Assembly: GCA_964512145.1 (NCBI GenBank)
Contig: CAZEIM010000001.1
Span: 19,094-83,093, forward strand
Reading direction: 5' to 3'
Length of the DNA: 64,000 bases
Source of the DNA: an uncultured Flavobacteriales bacterium
GTDB lineage: Bacteria > Bacteroidota > Bacteroidia > Flavobacteriales_G > JALEGO01
Both the position numbers and the translations under genes were made by a program. The notes below the pieces were generated by a model. The model was not told where the DNA came from. It made no database searches and saw nothing but the letters and a program-made list of their open reading frames with translations. Below, piece by piece: positions 40,452 through 49,795 of this stretch. Positions within the stretch are counted from its first letter, which is position 1; each line of letters begins with the position of its first letter.

Positions 40452-41675
40452 TTAGCTAACAAATCCTTCTAAGTTTAATGTTTCTTTTGAGATGTTTTTT
40501 AAGGAAAATAATTTTAAAATAATTTCCTCTAAAATACTATCAGGACAAGAAGCTCCACTTGTTATGATGATTTTTTGAAAAGTGTTTCTAGATAATTCAA
40601 ATTTGGAATGTTTAATTTCGTTTGTGTGTATATTAAAATTGGCTATTTCTCCATTCGTTTTAATATCATCAGCAGATGAAATAAAAAAGGTTTTAAATTT
40701 ACTTTCGCAAAGTTCGACTAAATGTGATGTATTTGAGCTATTATACCCCCCAACCACCAGCGCATAATCCACATGTTTTTCTTTTAATAACTCTAAGGTA
40801 GAATCTTGATTGTCATTTGTTGCATAACACAAAGTGTCTCTTGTATCAGCAAAGTGTTCTGAAATATTTTCTATGCCAAATTTTTGTATTAAAGTATTTT
40901 TAATTAGTTCAGAAATTTCGTGAGTTTCTGAGGCAAGCATTGTTGTTTGATTAATAACTCCAACTTTATTTAAATGAATATTTGGGATAAAATTATTCGA
41001 GTATTTACCCTTAAATATTTGATTAAATTCATGAAGTGAAATTTTTTCTAAAATATATAAGCACAGTATTTTTGCTTCTTCTATATTTTTTACAATTATG
41101 GAAGGAGCATTTTGATTGGCGTGTGAAAATGTAGCTCTTGTTTCTTCATGGTTATGTTTTCCGTGTATAACAATAGAAAAATTTTTCTCACCAATTTTTT
41201 GAGATGTTTTCCAAACTTTTTCTACAAACGGACATGTTGTGTTATATGTTTTAATATCTACTTCTTTTTCTTTTAAAAGATTTTCTATTTCAAGCGTTGT
41301 GCCAAATGCAGGAATAATTACCACATCGTTTTTACTGATTTTATCCCATGATATTATATTATTTCCTTCAGTATCTAATATAAAATCAATTCCATTGCTA
41401 TTTAAATCTGCGTTTACATGAGGATTATGAATCATTTGACTCAGTAAATAAATTTTTTTTCCTTTATTTTCTTGAACAGCTTTATATGAAATTTCAATAG
41501 CATTTTCTACACCATAACAAAACCCAAAATGTCGGGCAAGAACAATTTCTAATGATTCAAAATTTAATCGTGTAGGCGAAAAATCTTTTTTTTTAGGGTC
41601 GTTAATTTTTCTGTACTGCTTAATTTTTTTTATTATATTGCTCTGATAAGCTTCTGGAATATCAAATTTTTTCAT
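40452..41675 (-). CDS. ispH: 4-hydroxy-3-methylbut-2-enyl diphosphate reductase, long (~407 aa) form
   Basis: The three cluster Cys lie in HFGFCYGV, NTTCPFV and SGASCPD. It also has HGKHNHEET and VVGGYNSSNTSHL. The ATG at 41675 (MKKFDIPEAY) is preferred over the track GTG at 41702. Confidence 0.85.
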   Translation of the reverse strand: MKKFDIPEAYQSNIIKKIKQYRKINDPKKKDFSPTRLNFESLEIVLARHFGFCYGVENAIEISYKAVQENKGKKIYLLSQMIHNPHVNADLNSNGIDFILDTEGNNIISWDKISKNDVVIIPAFGTTLEIENLLKEKEVDIKTYNTTCPFVEKVWKTSQKIGEKNFSIVIHGKHNHEETRATFSHANQNAPSIIVKNIEEAKILCLYILEKISLHEFNQIFKGKYSNNFIPNIHLNKVGVINQTTMLASETHEISELIKNTLIQKFGIENISEHFADTRDTLCYATNDNQDSTLELLKEKHVDYALVVGGYNSSNTSHLVELCESKFKTFFISSADDIKTNGEIANFNIHTNEIKHSKFELSRNTFQKIIITSGASCPDSILEEIILKLFSLKNISKETLNLEGFVS

Positions 41676-41687
41676 TTTTTTGTTGGT

Positions 41688-43433
41688 ATGATAAAAACAC
41701 ACATATTGTTCTCATTAAGATACATTATTACTATGGGGTGTTTTTTGTTATTTTACAGTAACAAAGTTAAGGCACAAAAAATATATCCCAAAGGAATTTT
41801 TAAATCTCCGGTAGACTCTACTGTATTACTGGCTGGAAATTTTGCTGAACTTAGGCCAAATCATTTTCATGGCGGCTTAGATATTAAAACACAGGGTCAA
41901 GAAGGAAAAAATATATACAGTATTTACGATGGTTATGTTTCAAGAATTAAAATATCAACACGAGGTTATGGAAAGGTGCTTTATATTACTCATCCTAATG
42001 GATATGTTAGTGTGTATGCACATTTGAGTAAATTCTCAGAAAAGATTGAAAAATATATTAAAAAGTTTCAATATGAAAAACAGACTTTCGAAATTGAATT
42101 GTTTCCTGATAAGTTAGATTTAGTTATAAAAACGAGTGAATTAATTGCTTACTCAGGAAATACTGGAGGTTCTAGTGCTCCACATTTACATTTTGAAATC
42201 AGAAATGTGGATGAAAAAACAATTAATCCTTTACTATTTGATTTTGGAGTGCAAGATAACATTAATCCTTCTATTTATAACTTGGGTATTTTTCCAAAAG
42301 GAAATCAAAGTTTTGTAAATGGTAAAACTGAAAAAATAATTCTTAGGTGTACAGGTAAAGATGGGAAATACAATATTAAAAATTATAAGCCTATTACAGC
42401 ATGGGGAGAAATAGGTTTTGGGGTATCATGTTTAGACTTTTTTACCAATTCGGGTAATCGGTTTGGGATTTATAAAATGGAAATGTACGTGGATTCAGTA
42501 TTGGTGTTTAAAAGTCAATTAGATGAGGTAGCTTTTGATGAAACTAGATATATTAACTCATTTGTTGATTATGAAATTTGGAAAAAATCGGGTATGAAAA
42601 TTCAAAAAGCATATGTTGATCCTGGGAATAAATTGAATGTTTATTCAAATTTAGAGAATAAGGGTATTGTTTCTGTTCATGAAGAGAGAACCTATAAAGT
42701 TAAAATAATCACAACGGATTATCATAGTAATACATCAGAATTAGAGTTTGAGGTTATCGGAAAAAAACAAATACAAGAAATTTCTGCTTCTAGTAGTAAA
42801 AGTCAGAATATTACAACAAAGTTTTTTCATTATGATATCCACAATTCTTATCAAAATGACGAATGTATTGTTACGATTCCTGAAGGGAGGTTATATGAAG
42901 ATATTTTATTCGAATATTCTTCTTCAAAAAATGTATCTAAAAACTTTTATTCAAATATTCATCATATTCACAATACTTATACTCCATTACACAAACCTAT
43001 AACTTTAGTTATTAAATTAACACGAGAAGCTCAAGATAATAGCAAACTTTTTGTTGCATCTATAGAAGGAGATAGGTATACTTATGAAGGTGGTAAGGTA
43101 GAAAATGGATATATAACTGCTCAATTAAAAAATTTTGGCTCGTATGCCGTGTTGTCTGATACTATTGCGCCATATATCGGAGTTTTAAAATTACCTAATT
43201 CAAAAAACAAAAATATTTCATTTAAAATTTCTGACAATTTATCAGGAATTTCAAATTATAAATTAATGATTTCAAATTATTGGTTGTTAGCTGAATATGA
43301 ATATAAGAATCATACTTTAACATATACACCGGATGAATATTTTCCTAAAATAAAAGGTCAGCAAGATTTAATATTAGAAGTAACCGATAAACTTGGTAAC
43401 AAAAGAGTATATAAAACGAAAGTTATTTTATAA
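41688..43433 (+). CDS. Secreted M23 family metallopeptidase with a large C-terminal extension
   Basis: It has a signal peptide ending KVKAQ, and the LytM-type motifs HFHGGLDI (HxxxD) and SSAPHLHFEI (HxH). Confidence 0.8.
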   Translation: MIKTHILFSLRYIITMGCFLLFYSNKVKAQKIYPKGIFKSPVDSTVLLAGNFAELRPNHFHGGLDIKTQGQEGKNIYSIYDGYVSRIKISTRGYGKVLYITHPNGYVSVYAHLSKFSEKIEKYIKKFQYEKQTFEIELFPDKLDLVIKTSELIAYSGNTGGSSAPHLHFEIRNVDEKTINPLLFDFGVQDNINPSIYNLGIFPKGNQSFVNGKTEKIILRCTGKDGKYNIKNYKPITAWGEIGFGVSCLDFFTNSGNRFGIYKMEMYVDSVLVFKSQLDEVAFDETRYINSFVDYEIWKKSGMKIQKAYVDPGNKLNVYSNLENKGIVSVHEERTYKVKIITTDYHSNTSELEFEVIGKKQIQEISASSSKSQNITTKFFHYDIHNSYQNDECIVTIPEGRLYEDILFEYSSSKNVSKNFYSNIHHIHNTYTPLHKPITLVIKLTREAQDNSKLFVASIEGDRYTYEGGKVENGYITAQLKNFGSYAVLSDTIAPYIGVLKLPNSKNKNISFKISDNLSGISNYKLMISNYWLLAEYEYKNHTLTYTPDEYFPKIKGQQDLILEVTDKLGNKRVYKTKVIL

Positions 43434-43436
43434 ATT

Positions 43437-44291
43437 ATGATTAGAAAACACATCATTTCTAAAGAACAAGGTTTTACTTTATTTACCAATGAAAGTTCAA
43501 AGTTTATTAAAATTAAAGGAATAGATATTCATTATAGAGATGAAGGCGATGGTACTCCCATTTTATTAATACATGGGCTAGGAGGGTCATTGCATAATTG
43601 GGATAAAATCACTAGCCATTTAGTAAAACACTTTAGGGTAATTCGTATTGATTTACCAGGTTTTGGACTAAGTGGGTATTTTGATGGAATAGACGTTCAT
43701 ACTATTGTTGATTTAATTCATGAATTTACTAATTCTATAAATATTAATAATACTCATATTGTTGGAAATTCTTTAGGAGGATGGATAACATGGGAGTTCG
43801 CTATTAAGTATAAGGAAAAAGTAAATAAACTAGTTTTAATGAATTCTGCAGGTTTTTTTGGTGGCAAAGAGAGGATCCCCACATTTGAAATTATTAAGCG
43901 ACCTGTTTTTAAAAAAATAATGAAAAGAGGAGTGCCCCGATTATTAATTTCCGTTATTTTGAGAAGGCAGGTTTATTATAAAAATAGAGTTTCTAAGGCT
44001 ATGATAGAAAAATATTATAAAATGATAAATATTGAAGGAAATTTTGAAAGATTATTTTCAATTGCAAAGGTAGATTTAAAGCCAAATGTAGATTTATTGC
44101 ATACTATTCAAAATCCCACTTTAATTATATGGGGGAAGCAAGATACTACTCAACCCGTTGAATATGCTTATGAATTTAAAAAGAGAATTCCTCAGGCAGA
44201 AATAGAAATTTACGACAAAGTAGGACATATACCTATGATTGAGGAGCCTCACCGAACTTTTGCTGATGTATTATCTTTTTTAATAAGATAA
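43437..44291 (+). CDS. Alpha/beta hydrolase fold protein
   Basis: It has the oxyanion HG in LLIHGLGGS, the nucleophile elbow GNSLGG, and a C-terminal GHIPMIEEP (catalytic His). Confidence 0.75.
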   Translation: MIRKHIISKEQGFTLFTNESSKFIKIKGIDIHYRDEGDGTPILLIHGLGGSLHNWDKITSHLVKHFRVIRIDLPGFGLSGYFDGIDVHTIVDLIHEFTNSININNTHIVGNSLGGWITWEFAIKYKEKVNKLVLMNSAGFFGGKERIPTFEIIKRPVFKKIMKRGVPRLLISVILRRQVYYKNRVSKAMIEKYYKMINIEGNFERLFSIAKVDLKPNVDLLHTIQNPTLIIWGKQDTTQPVEYAYEFKKRIPQAEIEIYDKVGHIPMIEEPHRTFADVLSFLIR

Positions 44292-44298
44292 TTTAAGA

Positions 44299-46083
44299 TT
44301 ACTTTACTACGTTAAAAATTCTTGTATTTATTATCCCTAATTCATCCCTGATGTTTAAAATATACATTCCTGCTGCTAAATCGGGTAAATTTATTGGGTA
44401 AAGTTTTTTCCCTTTTTCAATCGGAGTTTTTTCATAAATAAGCAAAACTCCTTTCGTGTTGAATATTTTGATATCTAATTCATTTATTTGGGTGCTTTCA
44501 ATTTGTATTTGAAGAGTTTCTTTAACAGGATTTGGATAAATATTAAACGAATATTGTAAAGAATTAATTGGAAATAATTCAACAGGAGTTGAAATACAGT
44601 GATTTTTTTTAACTAAGTAAACATTTGTATTTCCTGAACTACCATCGCACCATATTGAAAATATATCACAACCCATTTGAACACTTGTGTTATAGTCTCC
44701 ATAAAAATCACTACTTGTTTGTGCTCCTGAAAAATCTGTATAATTATTGGAAATAACTTGATAATTTGATAATGTTAATCCTGAATCTATTGAGTGAAGT
44801 AATAAATAGTCTGATAAATATGAGCTCCTGTCTACTCTGTACCACGAAATAGATAGATATCCTGAGTCGGCTGAGATATTGGGCATAAGATGATAATAAT
44901 TCCCCATACTTACAGAGTCTCCAAATTCTATTGGTAGTGTCCAATTATCCCCTCTGTTGTGAGATAAGGCATAAAATGAATGCACATCATTATTAGACAT
45001 ATCAGACCAAGCAATATATATATTATGATTATCTACCGCCAAACTTACAGCACTATTGTCTCTGCTATGTACTAAGTGTCCTGATGAATTTGGTAAAGTT
45101 GTTTTGGCATCGGCAATTTTTTGTGGAAAACTAAAAGAATTTGCCCCATCTGTTGATTTTGTATAATACACTCCTCCTACTCCAGTACTTTGCTGAAAAA
45201 CCATACAGGACAAATGAACTGTTCCCAACTCATCTACTAAAACATTACCAAATTGAGTGGCGTTATTACCTATTTTTGGTACAGCCGCTATTGCGGTATC
45301 TAAAAATCCATTATTTAAAGGGGGTTTTACCATAACAATTTGCCCGGGATTAGATAGTTTATTGCCTAAATATATTGCACTTAAATAAACATTACCATGG
45401 TGTGGGCCATTTGTTTTATCTACAGTCATCCATTGTCTGTCAATTAAATCTCCAGAAAATAAACTTCCCTCGTATACGATATGGTCATTTATATCGGAAG
45501 GAATATTAAATGTAATTCCCCCATCTGTAGAGTATGCATAAAACATACTTAATTTTAAATTTAATAAGTTTCCGTTTAAATATAGCCAGGTCATATGGAG
45601 TGTTCCATTTGCATCAAATACAAAAACGGGGTCACCTCCGCCTAAAGATTGTTTTCCTAGGTTATTTAAGGTTTGTAATGTACTGAATATGCTTTTAGTC
45701 CAATTTAAACCTCCATCAAATGAATAATATACGGGCATATCTAAGGTAGATCCAACTTGTTCCATATAAGTTACTACAATATGATTCATGTTTAATGGGT
45801 TTATAGCAATAAAGGGCTCTGCACCAAATCCAAAGTTGTTACTTGATTTAGGATTAATTTGGTTATTTTCTAAATAACTTTCAAGATCATTTTGATGTTT
45901 CAAAATAGATTGTAAATCATTGTTTTTATAATCTTCCCATGCATTTAATATATATTTTTTGATAGATTTATCTCGAACTTTTTCATCTATTACTTCTTCA
46001 ATATGATTATAGTATTTATTTTGACAAATTGTTGAATAACTTAATGAGAACAAAAAAATAGTAATCGCAGTATATTTTAGCAT
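44299..46083 (-). CDS. BNR/Asp-box repeat (sialidase-like beta-propeller) protein with T9SS type A C-terminal domain
   Basis: The signal peptide ends ...STICQ. Asp-box-like motifs are SFDGGLNWT, STDGGITF, STDGANSF and HNRGDNWT. The C-terminus is FNIYPNPVKETLQIQI...AAGMYILNIRDELGIINTRIFNVVK. Confidence 0.7.
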   Translation of the reverse strand: MLKYTAITIFLFSLSYSTICQNKYYNHIEEVIDEKVRDKSIKKYILNAWEDYKNNDLQSILKHQNDLESYLENNQINPKSSNNFGFGAEPFIAINPLNMNHIVVTYMEQVGSTLDMPVYYSFDGGLNWTKSIFSTLQTLNNLGKQSLGGGDPVFVFDANGTLHMTWLYLNGNLLNLKLSMFYAYSTDGGITFNIPSDINDHIVYEGSLFSGDLIDRQWMTVDKTNGPHHGNVYLSAIYLGNKLSNPGQIVMVKPPLNNGFLDTAIAAVPKIGNNATQFGNVLVDELGTVHLSCMVFQQSTGVGGVYYTKSTDGANSFSFPQKIADAKTTLPNSSGHLVHSRDNSAVSLAVDNHNIYIAWSDMSNNDVHSFYALSHNRGDNWTLPIEFGDSVSMGNYYHLMPNISADSGYLSISWYRVDRSSYLSDYLLLHSIDSGLTLSNYQVISNNYTDFSGAQTSSDFYGDYNTSVQMGCDIFSIWCDGSSGNTNVYLVKKNHCISTPVELFPINSLQYSFNIYPNPVKETLQIQIESTQINELDIKIFNTKGVLLIYEKTPIEKGKKLYPINLPDLAAGMYILNIRDELGIINTRIFNVVK

Positions 46084-46166
46084 ATGATATTTTTATAAAT
46101 GTATTAGTATTGTAAAAATAAATATTTTAATGTAAAGTAACTTAAAATTGAATATTTCGTAATAGC

Positions 46167-46937
46167 ATGAAAAAAAATAATATGGAAAAAAAGCAAAATA
46201 ATTTAGTTAGAAATTTATTAATAGTGAGTAATGTGGTGTTCTTTTTACTTTTTTTAAGAGGTTGTTTGTTTACACCAAAATGTCCGGATACTGTTGTTCA
46301 GAATAATGTGGCTGAAGAAATTTCGGAGAAAAATAACACCCATGAAATCGTAAGTAATGATACCGTTGAAAAGTCAGAAATCAATGAAGTAGCAGAGGAA
46401 CCACAAAATAATTCCGTGATAATAAATGAAGAACCCACATTATCAACAATAAAACAAGAGCCTGTATCAACCGAAGAAAAAAAAGAAAATGAAATATGGG
46501 AAAAAGCTAAGAAGAATAAAACACTGTATTCTTATAATGAGTATTTAAAAAAATTCCCCAATGGTAAACATAAAGACGAAGCAGAGAAGGCAATAGTAGA
46601 TTATGAAGTAAACGATATTTTTAATAAAGACTATAAAAGTTTACCCCCAATGGATTACAAAACCCCAAAGGGTGGAGTTAATAAGTCGACTAGTTTAGTA
46701 GAAGTTAAAAATGATACCGATTTTGATTTAATTATTCGTTACAGTGGACCTCAAAGTTATAAGGTTACTTTAAAATCTCAAGAAAAGAAAACATTTACAT
46801 TAGCCAATGGAGATTACAAAATGACTGCAACGGTGAATGCAGAACATGTTAAAAACTATGGAAGTTTTGAGAAATTACAAGGTATGAATTACTACAGTGA
46901 GTTTTATTTAAAAAGTAAAGAAGTACCTAATCCTTAA
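46167..46937 (+). CDS. Hypothetical membrane-anchored protein (acidic linker plus C-terminal beta domain)
   Basis: It has an N-terminal TM segment (LLIVSNVVFFLLFL), an E/N-rich linker, and a WEKAKKNKTLYSYNEYLKKFPNGKHKDEAEKAI helix-hairpin motif. The function is unknown. Confidence 0.5.
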   Translation: MKKNNMEKKQNNLVRNLLIVSNVVFFLLFLRGCLFTPKCPDTVVQNNVAEEISEKNNTHEIVSNDTVEKSEINEVAEEPQNNSVIINEEPTLSTIKQEPVSTEEKKENEIWEKAKKNKTLYSYNEYLKKFPNGKHKDEAEKAIVDYEVNDIFNKDYKSLPPMDYKTPKGGVNKSTSLVEVKNDTDFDLIIRYSGPQSYKVTLKSQEKKTFTLANGDYKMTATVNAEHVKNYGSFEKLQGMNYYSEFYLKSKEVPNP

Positions 46938-49249
46938 AAAGTCCAGTTAAATCCAACGGTTGGGAGTAGAGGCAATTGATCTACTCGTTCGTAGTTAATT
47001 CTGTCGAAGTAAAATATGTTATTTCTATTATACAAATTAGTTGCACCAATATTTACTTCTAATTCAGAAAAATCTCCGAAGTAAAACTTTTTAGAAATGT
47101 TTATGTCAAAACGATGATAATCAGGTAATCTTCCTGCATTTAAATCTCCATAATAAATTCCTAATTCGCCATTTGAAGATGTATAATTAGTATTTATACC
47201 ATCACTAAATGTAAATTGTTCGTAAAAGCCTTGAGTTTGAGTGAAAGGTAACCCAGAACCATAATTCCATCGAACGCTTAATTCCCAATTTAAGTCTTTA
47301 CCAAATTTATAATTACCCACTAAATTTATATTATGTCGTCTATCGAAAATAGGAGGATAGGTGTTTATACCATCAAACCTGTTTGATTTCATCCAAGAAT
47401 ATACAGCCCAAAGATAGGCTCTTTTAAACTCGTATTTTAGAACAAGATCAACCCCATAAGCATCTCCGGTTTCTATAATAAAGTCTTTCCGTAAAATTTG
47501 AGGTCGGAATGAATTTTCAGCGTTATCTTCAAATATTTTGTTTCGATTTATATTTGATAATTGATTAAACCATTTGTAATACCCTTCAACATTTAAATTT
47601 ATGCGTGAAGTAACATCTATTTCTATTCCACCAATGGCGTGAGTGGCTTTTTGAAGTTCGTGGTTTCGAGCACGCACTGTGCCATTTTTATAATAAATAC
47701 TATCTTGTAAACTTTCGGGACCTGATAAAAATCCGTTAAAAATATTTACAACATCTCTTTCTGAATTAGCACTGATTAAATTTTGAGAATATATTCCTCC
47801 TGCAGCTTTTAAACGCATATTATTTGTTACGTTATATTTAATTCCTATTCGAGGTTCGGGTGAAAATGTGTTTAGTGATGCGTAATATTGTATTCTCATC
47901 CCTGGATCTAAAATTAGATTACCTAAGGTAATTTTATATTTTAAAAATCCAGATAATTCAGTAGTAAAAGCTTCTTGAGAAATGGTTCGGTTAAAATCGT
48001 TTACAAATTTAAAATTGGTTGAAAATCCAAGGAGTTGAAATCCATATTTTAATTCATTTTTTCCCTGAAATGAAGTGAAATTCATATCAAAATTAAATCC
48101 GTCAATAGCACTAAAGCGCTCTCCTTTATTTGCCTCAAGTAAGGTAATGTCGTATTGAGAATAAGAAAAGCTTCCATCTATTAATGTAGCAGAAGCCTCT
48201 GGTATAAGCACGAAATTTGAACCAATGCCCCAAGTTTTCCAGTTTAAATCAGAAATTGCTTTCCAAGTAACCTGATCGTTAAAGTTAAAGCCAAAGAGGT
48301 TAAATTTACTACCGTTACTTCCATTGAATGAAATTTTTCCGTACACATCGGTAAAACTAAAGGGTATCCCTGAGCTGTCAACATACGGATAAAATACTTT
48401 TGAAGACTGATCGAGATACGATTTTTTTCCGGTTAATATAAAGGAAGATGAGCCTTTACTTTCATCGGTTACTTTTTTTAGAGGGCCTTCTAATATCACT
48501 TTTGAGCCAAATGTGTTTGCGCCAACTTTTCCTCCAAAACGTTTTTTGTTTCCATCGCGAGTAGTGATATCCATAACCGATGAAATTCTACCTCCGTATT
48601 GAGCATTAAATCCTCCGGTATATACATCTGCATTTCTCATGATATCGGTTTCAAATACAGAAAAAAGCCCAATAGTATGAAAAGGGTTGTAAATAATCAT
48701 GCCATCTAATAAAACTTTGTTCTGTATAGGTGCCCCACCTCTAATGTATAGTTGCCCTCCTTGATCACCGGTAAACACAACCCCAGGTAAAACCTGAAGA
48801 TATTGCGCAATATCCGCTTCACCTCCTATCGTAGGTAATTGCTTTATTTCTTTAGGAGTAATCTTGGTAACACTCATTTGAACTTGTGTTTTATTCTCTT
48901 CTTTTTCTGCTGAAACCTGAACTTCTTGTAATTGAACCGATGCTTGTTTTACATATAACTTTACGCTTTCAATTTGATCTTTTTTTACTGTAACACTTTT
49001 TTGAAGTGTATCATATCCAAGTCCGGATACTACAATAGTGTAAGTGCCCGCAGGCACTCTTGAAATGGTGAAAAAGCCATTTACATCGGTGGCTGCTCCT
49101 AAAGAAGTCCCTTTCAAAAATACGTTGGTAAAAATAATTGGCTCTCCTGTTTTTTCTTCGTAAATAAATCCCCTAATGGTTCCATTTCCTGTTTGCGAAA
49201 ATAAATACGAGCTCGAGAATAAAAATAAAAGTATTACTAACTGTCTCAT
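46934..49249 (-). CDS. TonB-dependent receptor with N-terminal carboxypeptidase-regulatory-like domain
   Basis: The signal peptide ends LFSQ. It has a CarbopepD_reg-like segment (GTIRGFIYEEKTGEPI...GTYTIVVSGLGYD), plug-like GGEADIAQYLQVLPGV, and a long beta-barrel ending in NWTF. Confidence 0.85.
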   Translation of the reverse strand: MRQLVILLFLFSSSYLFSQTGNGTIRGFIYEEKTGEPIIFTNVFLKGTSLGAATDVNGFFTISRVPAGTYTIVVSGLGYDTLQKSVTVKKDQIESVKLYVKQASVQLQEVQVSAEKEENKTQVQMSVTKITPKEIKQLPTIGGEADIAQYLQVLPGVVFTGDQGGQLYIRGGAPIQNKVLLDGMIIYNPFHTIGLFSVFETDIMRNADVYTGGFNAQYGGRISSVMDITTRDGNKKRFGGKVGANTFGSKVILEGPLKKVTDESKGSSSFILTGKKSYLDQSSKVFYPYVDSSGIPFSFTDVYGKISFNGSNGSKFNLFGFNFNDQVTWKAISDLNWKTWGIGSNFVLIPEASATLIDGSFSYSQYDITLLEANKGERFSAIDGFNFDMNFTSFQGKNELKYGFQLLGFSTNFKFVNDFNRTISQEAFTTELSGFLKYKITLGNLILDPGMRIQYYASLNTFSPEPRIGIKYNVTNNMRLKAAGGIYSQNLISANSERDVVNIFNGFLSGPESLQDSIYYKNGTVRARNHELQKATHAIGGIEIDVTSRINLNVEGYYKWFNQLSNINRNKIFEDNAENSFRPQILRKDFIIETGDAYGVDLVLKYEFKRAYLWAVYSWMKSNRFDGINTYPPIFDRRHNINLVGNYKFGKDLNWELSVRWNYGSGLPFTQTQGFYEQFTFSDGINTNYTSSNGELGIYYGDLNAGRLPDYHRFDINISKKFYFGDFSELEVNIGATNLYNRNNIFYFDRINYERVDQLPLLPTVGFNWTF

Positions 49250-49323
49250 GAATATACTATTTTGCGAACTTACTATTTTTTTAAGATATTATTTGATAAC
49301 AGCGTAAAATTAACGCATATAAT

Positions 49324-49731
49324 TTAATTTTCAGATAGCTCTAAAACTCTATCAAACTCAGATTTAGAAATTGGCATGACCGATAAACGTCCCTGTTTAA
49401 CTAAAGCCATATTTTGTAATATAATGTCTTGTTTAATAACTTCTAACGTTATGGGTTTTAACAGTGTTTTTATAGGCTTAATATCTACAGAAACCCAATT
49501 TGGATCTGTAGAGGTAGGATCTTGATAAAATTCTTTAATAACTTCGGCATATCCCACAATTTCTTTTCCTTCATTACTGTGATAAAACAATACCCAGTCG
49601 CCTTTTTTCATTGCTTTTAAATTGTTGCGTGCTTGGTAATTTCGAACTCCATCCCAAAAGGTTTTACCATCTTTTAAAAATTGTTCCCAAGAATATTTAA
49701 AAGGTTCAGATTTTACTAGCCAGTAGTTCAT
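49324..49731 (-). CDS. EVE (PUA-like) domain protein
   Basis: It starts MNYWLVKSEPFKYSWEQFLKDGKTFWDGVRNYQARNNLKAMKKGDWVLFYHS, typical of EVE domains. The ATG at 49731 is preferred over the track TTG at 49746. Confidence 0.75.
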   Translation of the reverse strand: MNYWLVKSEPFKYSWEQFLKDGKTFWDGVRNYQARNNLKAMKKGDWVLFYHSNEGKEIVGYAEVIKEFYQDPTSTDPNWVSVDIKPIKTLLKPITLEVIKQDIILQNMALVKQGRLSVMPISKSEFDRVLELSEN

Positions 49732-49795
49732 GATTTTTTTCGGCAAATATACAAGGATGCTTTAATATTTTTAATTAAAAAATAAAGGCTTTATT

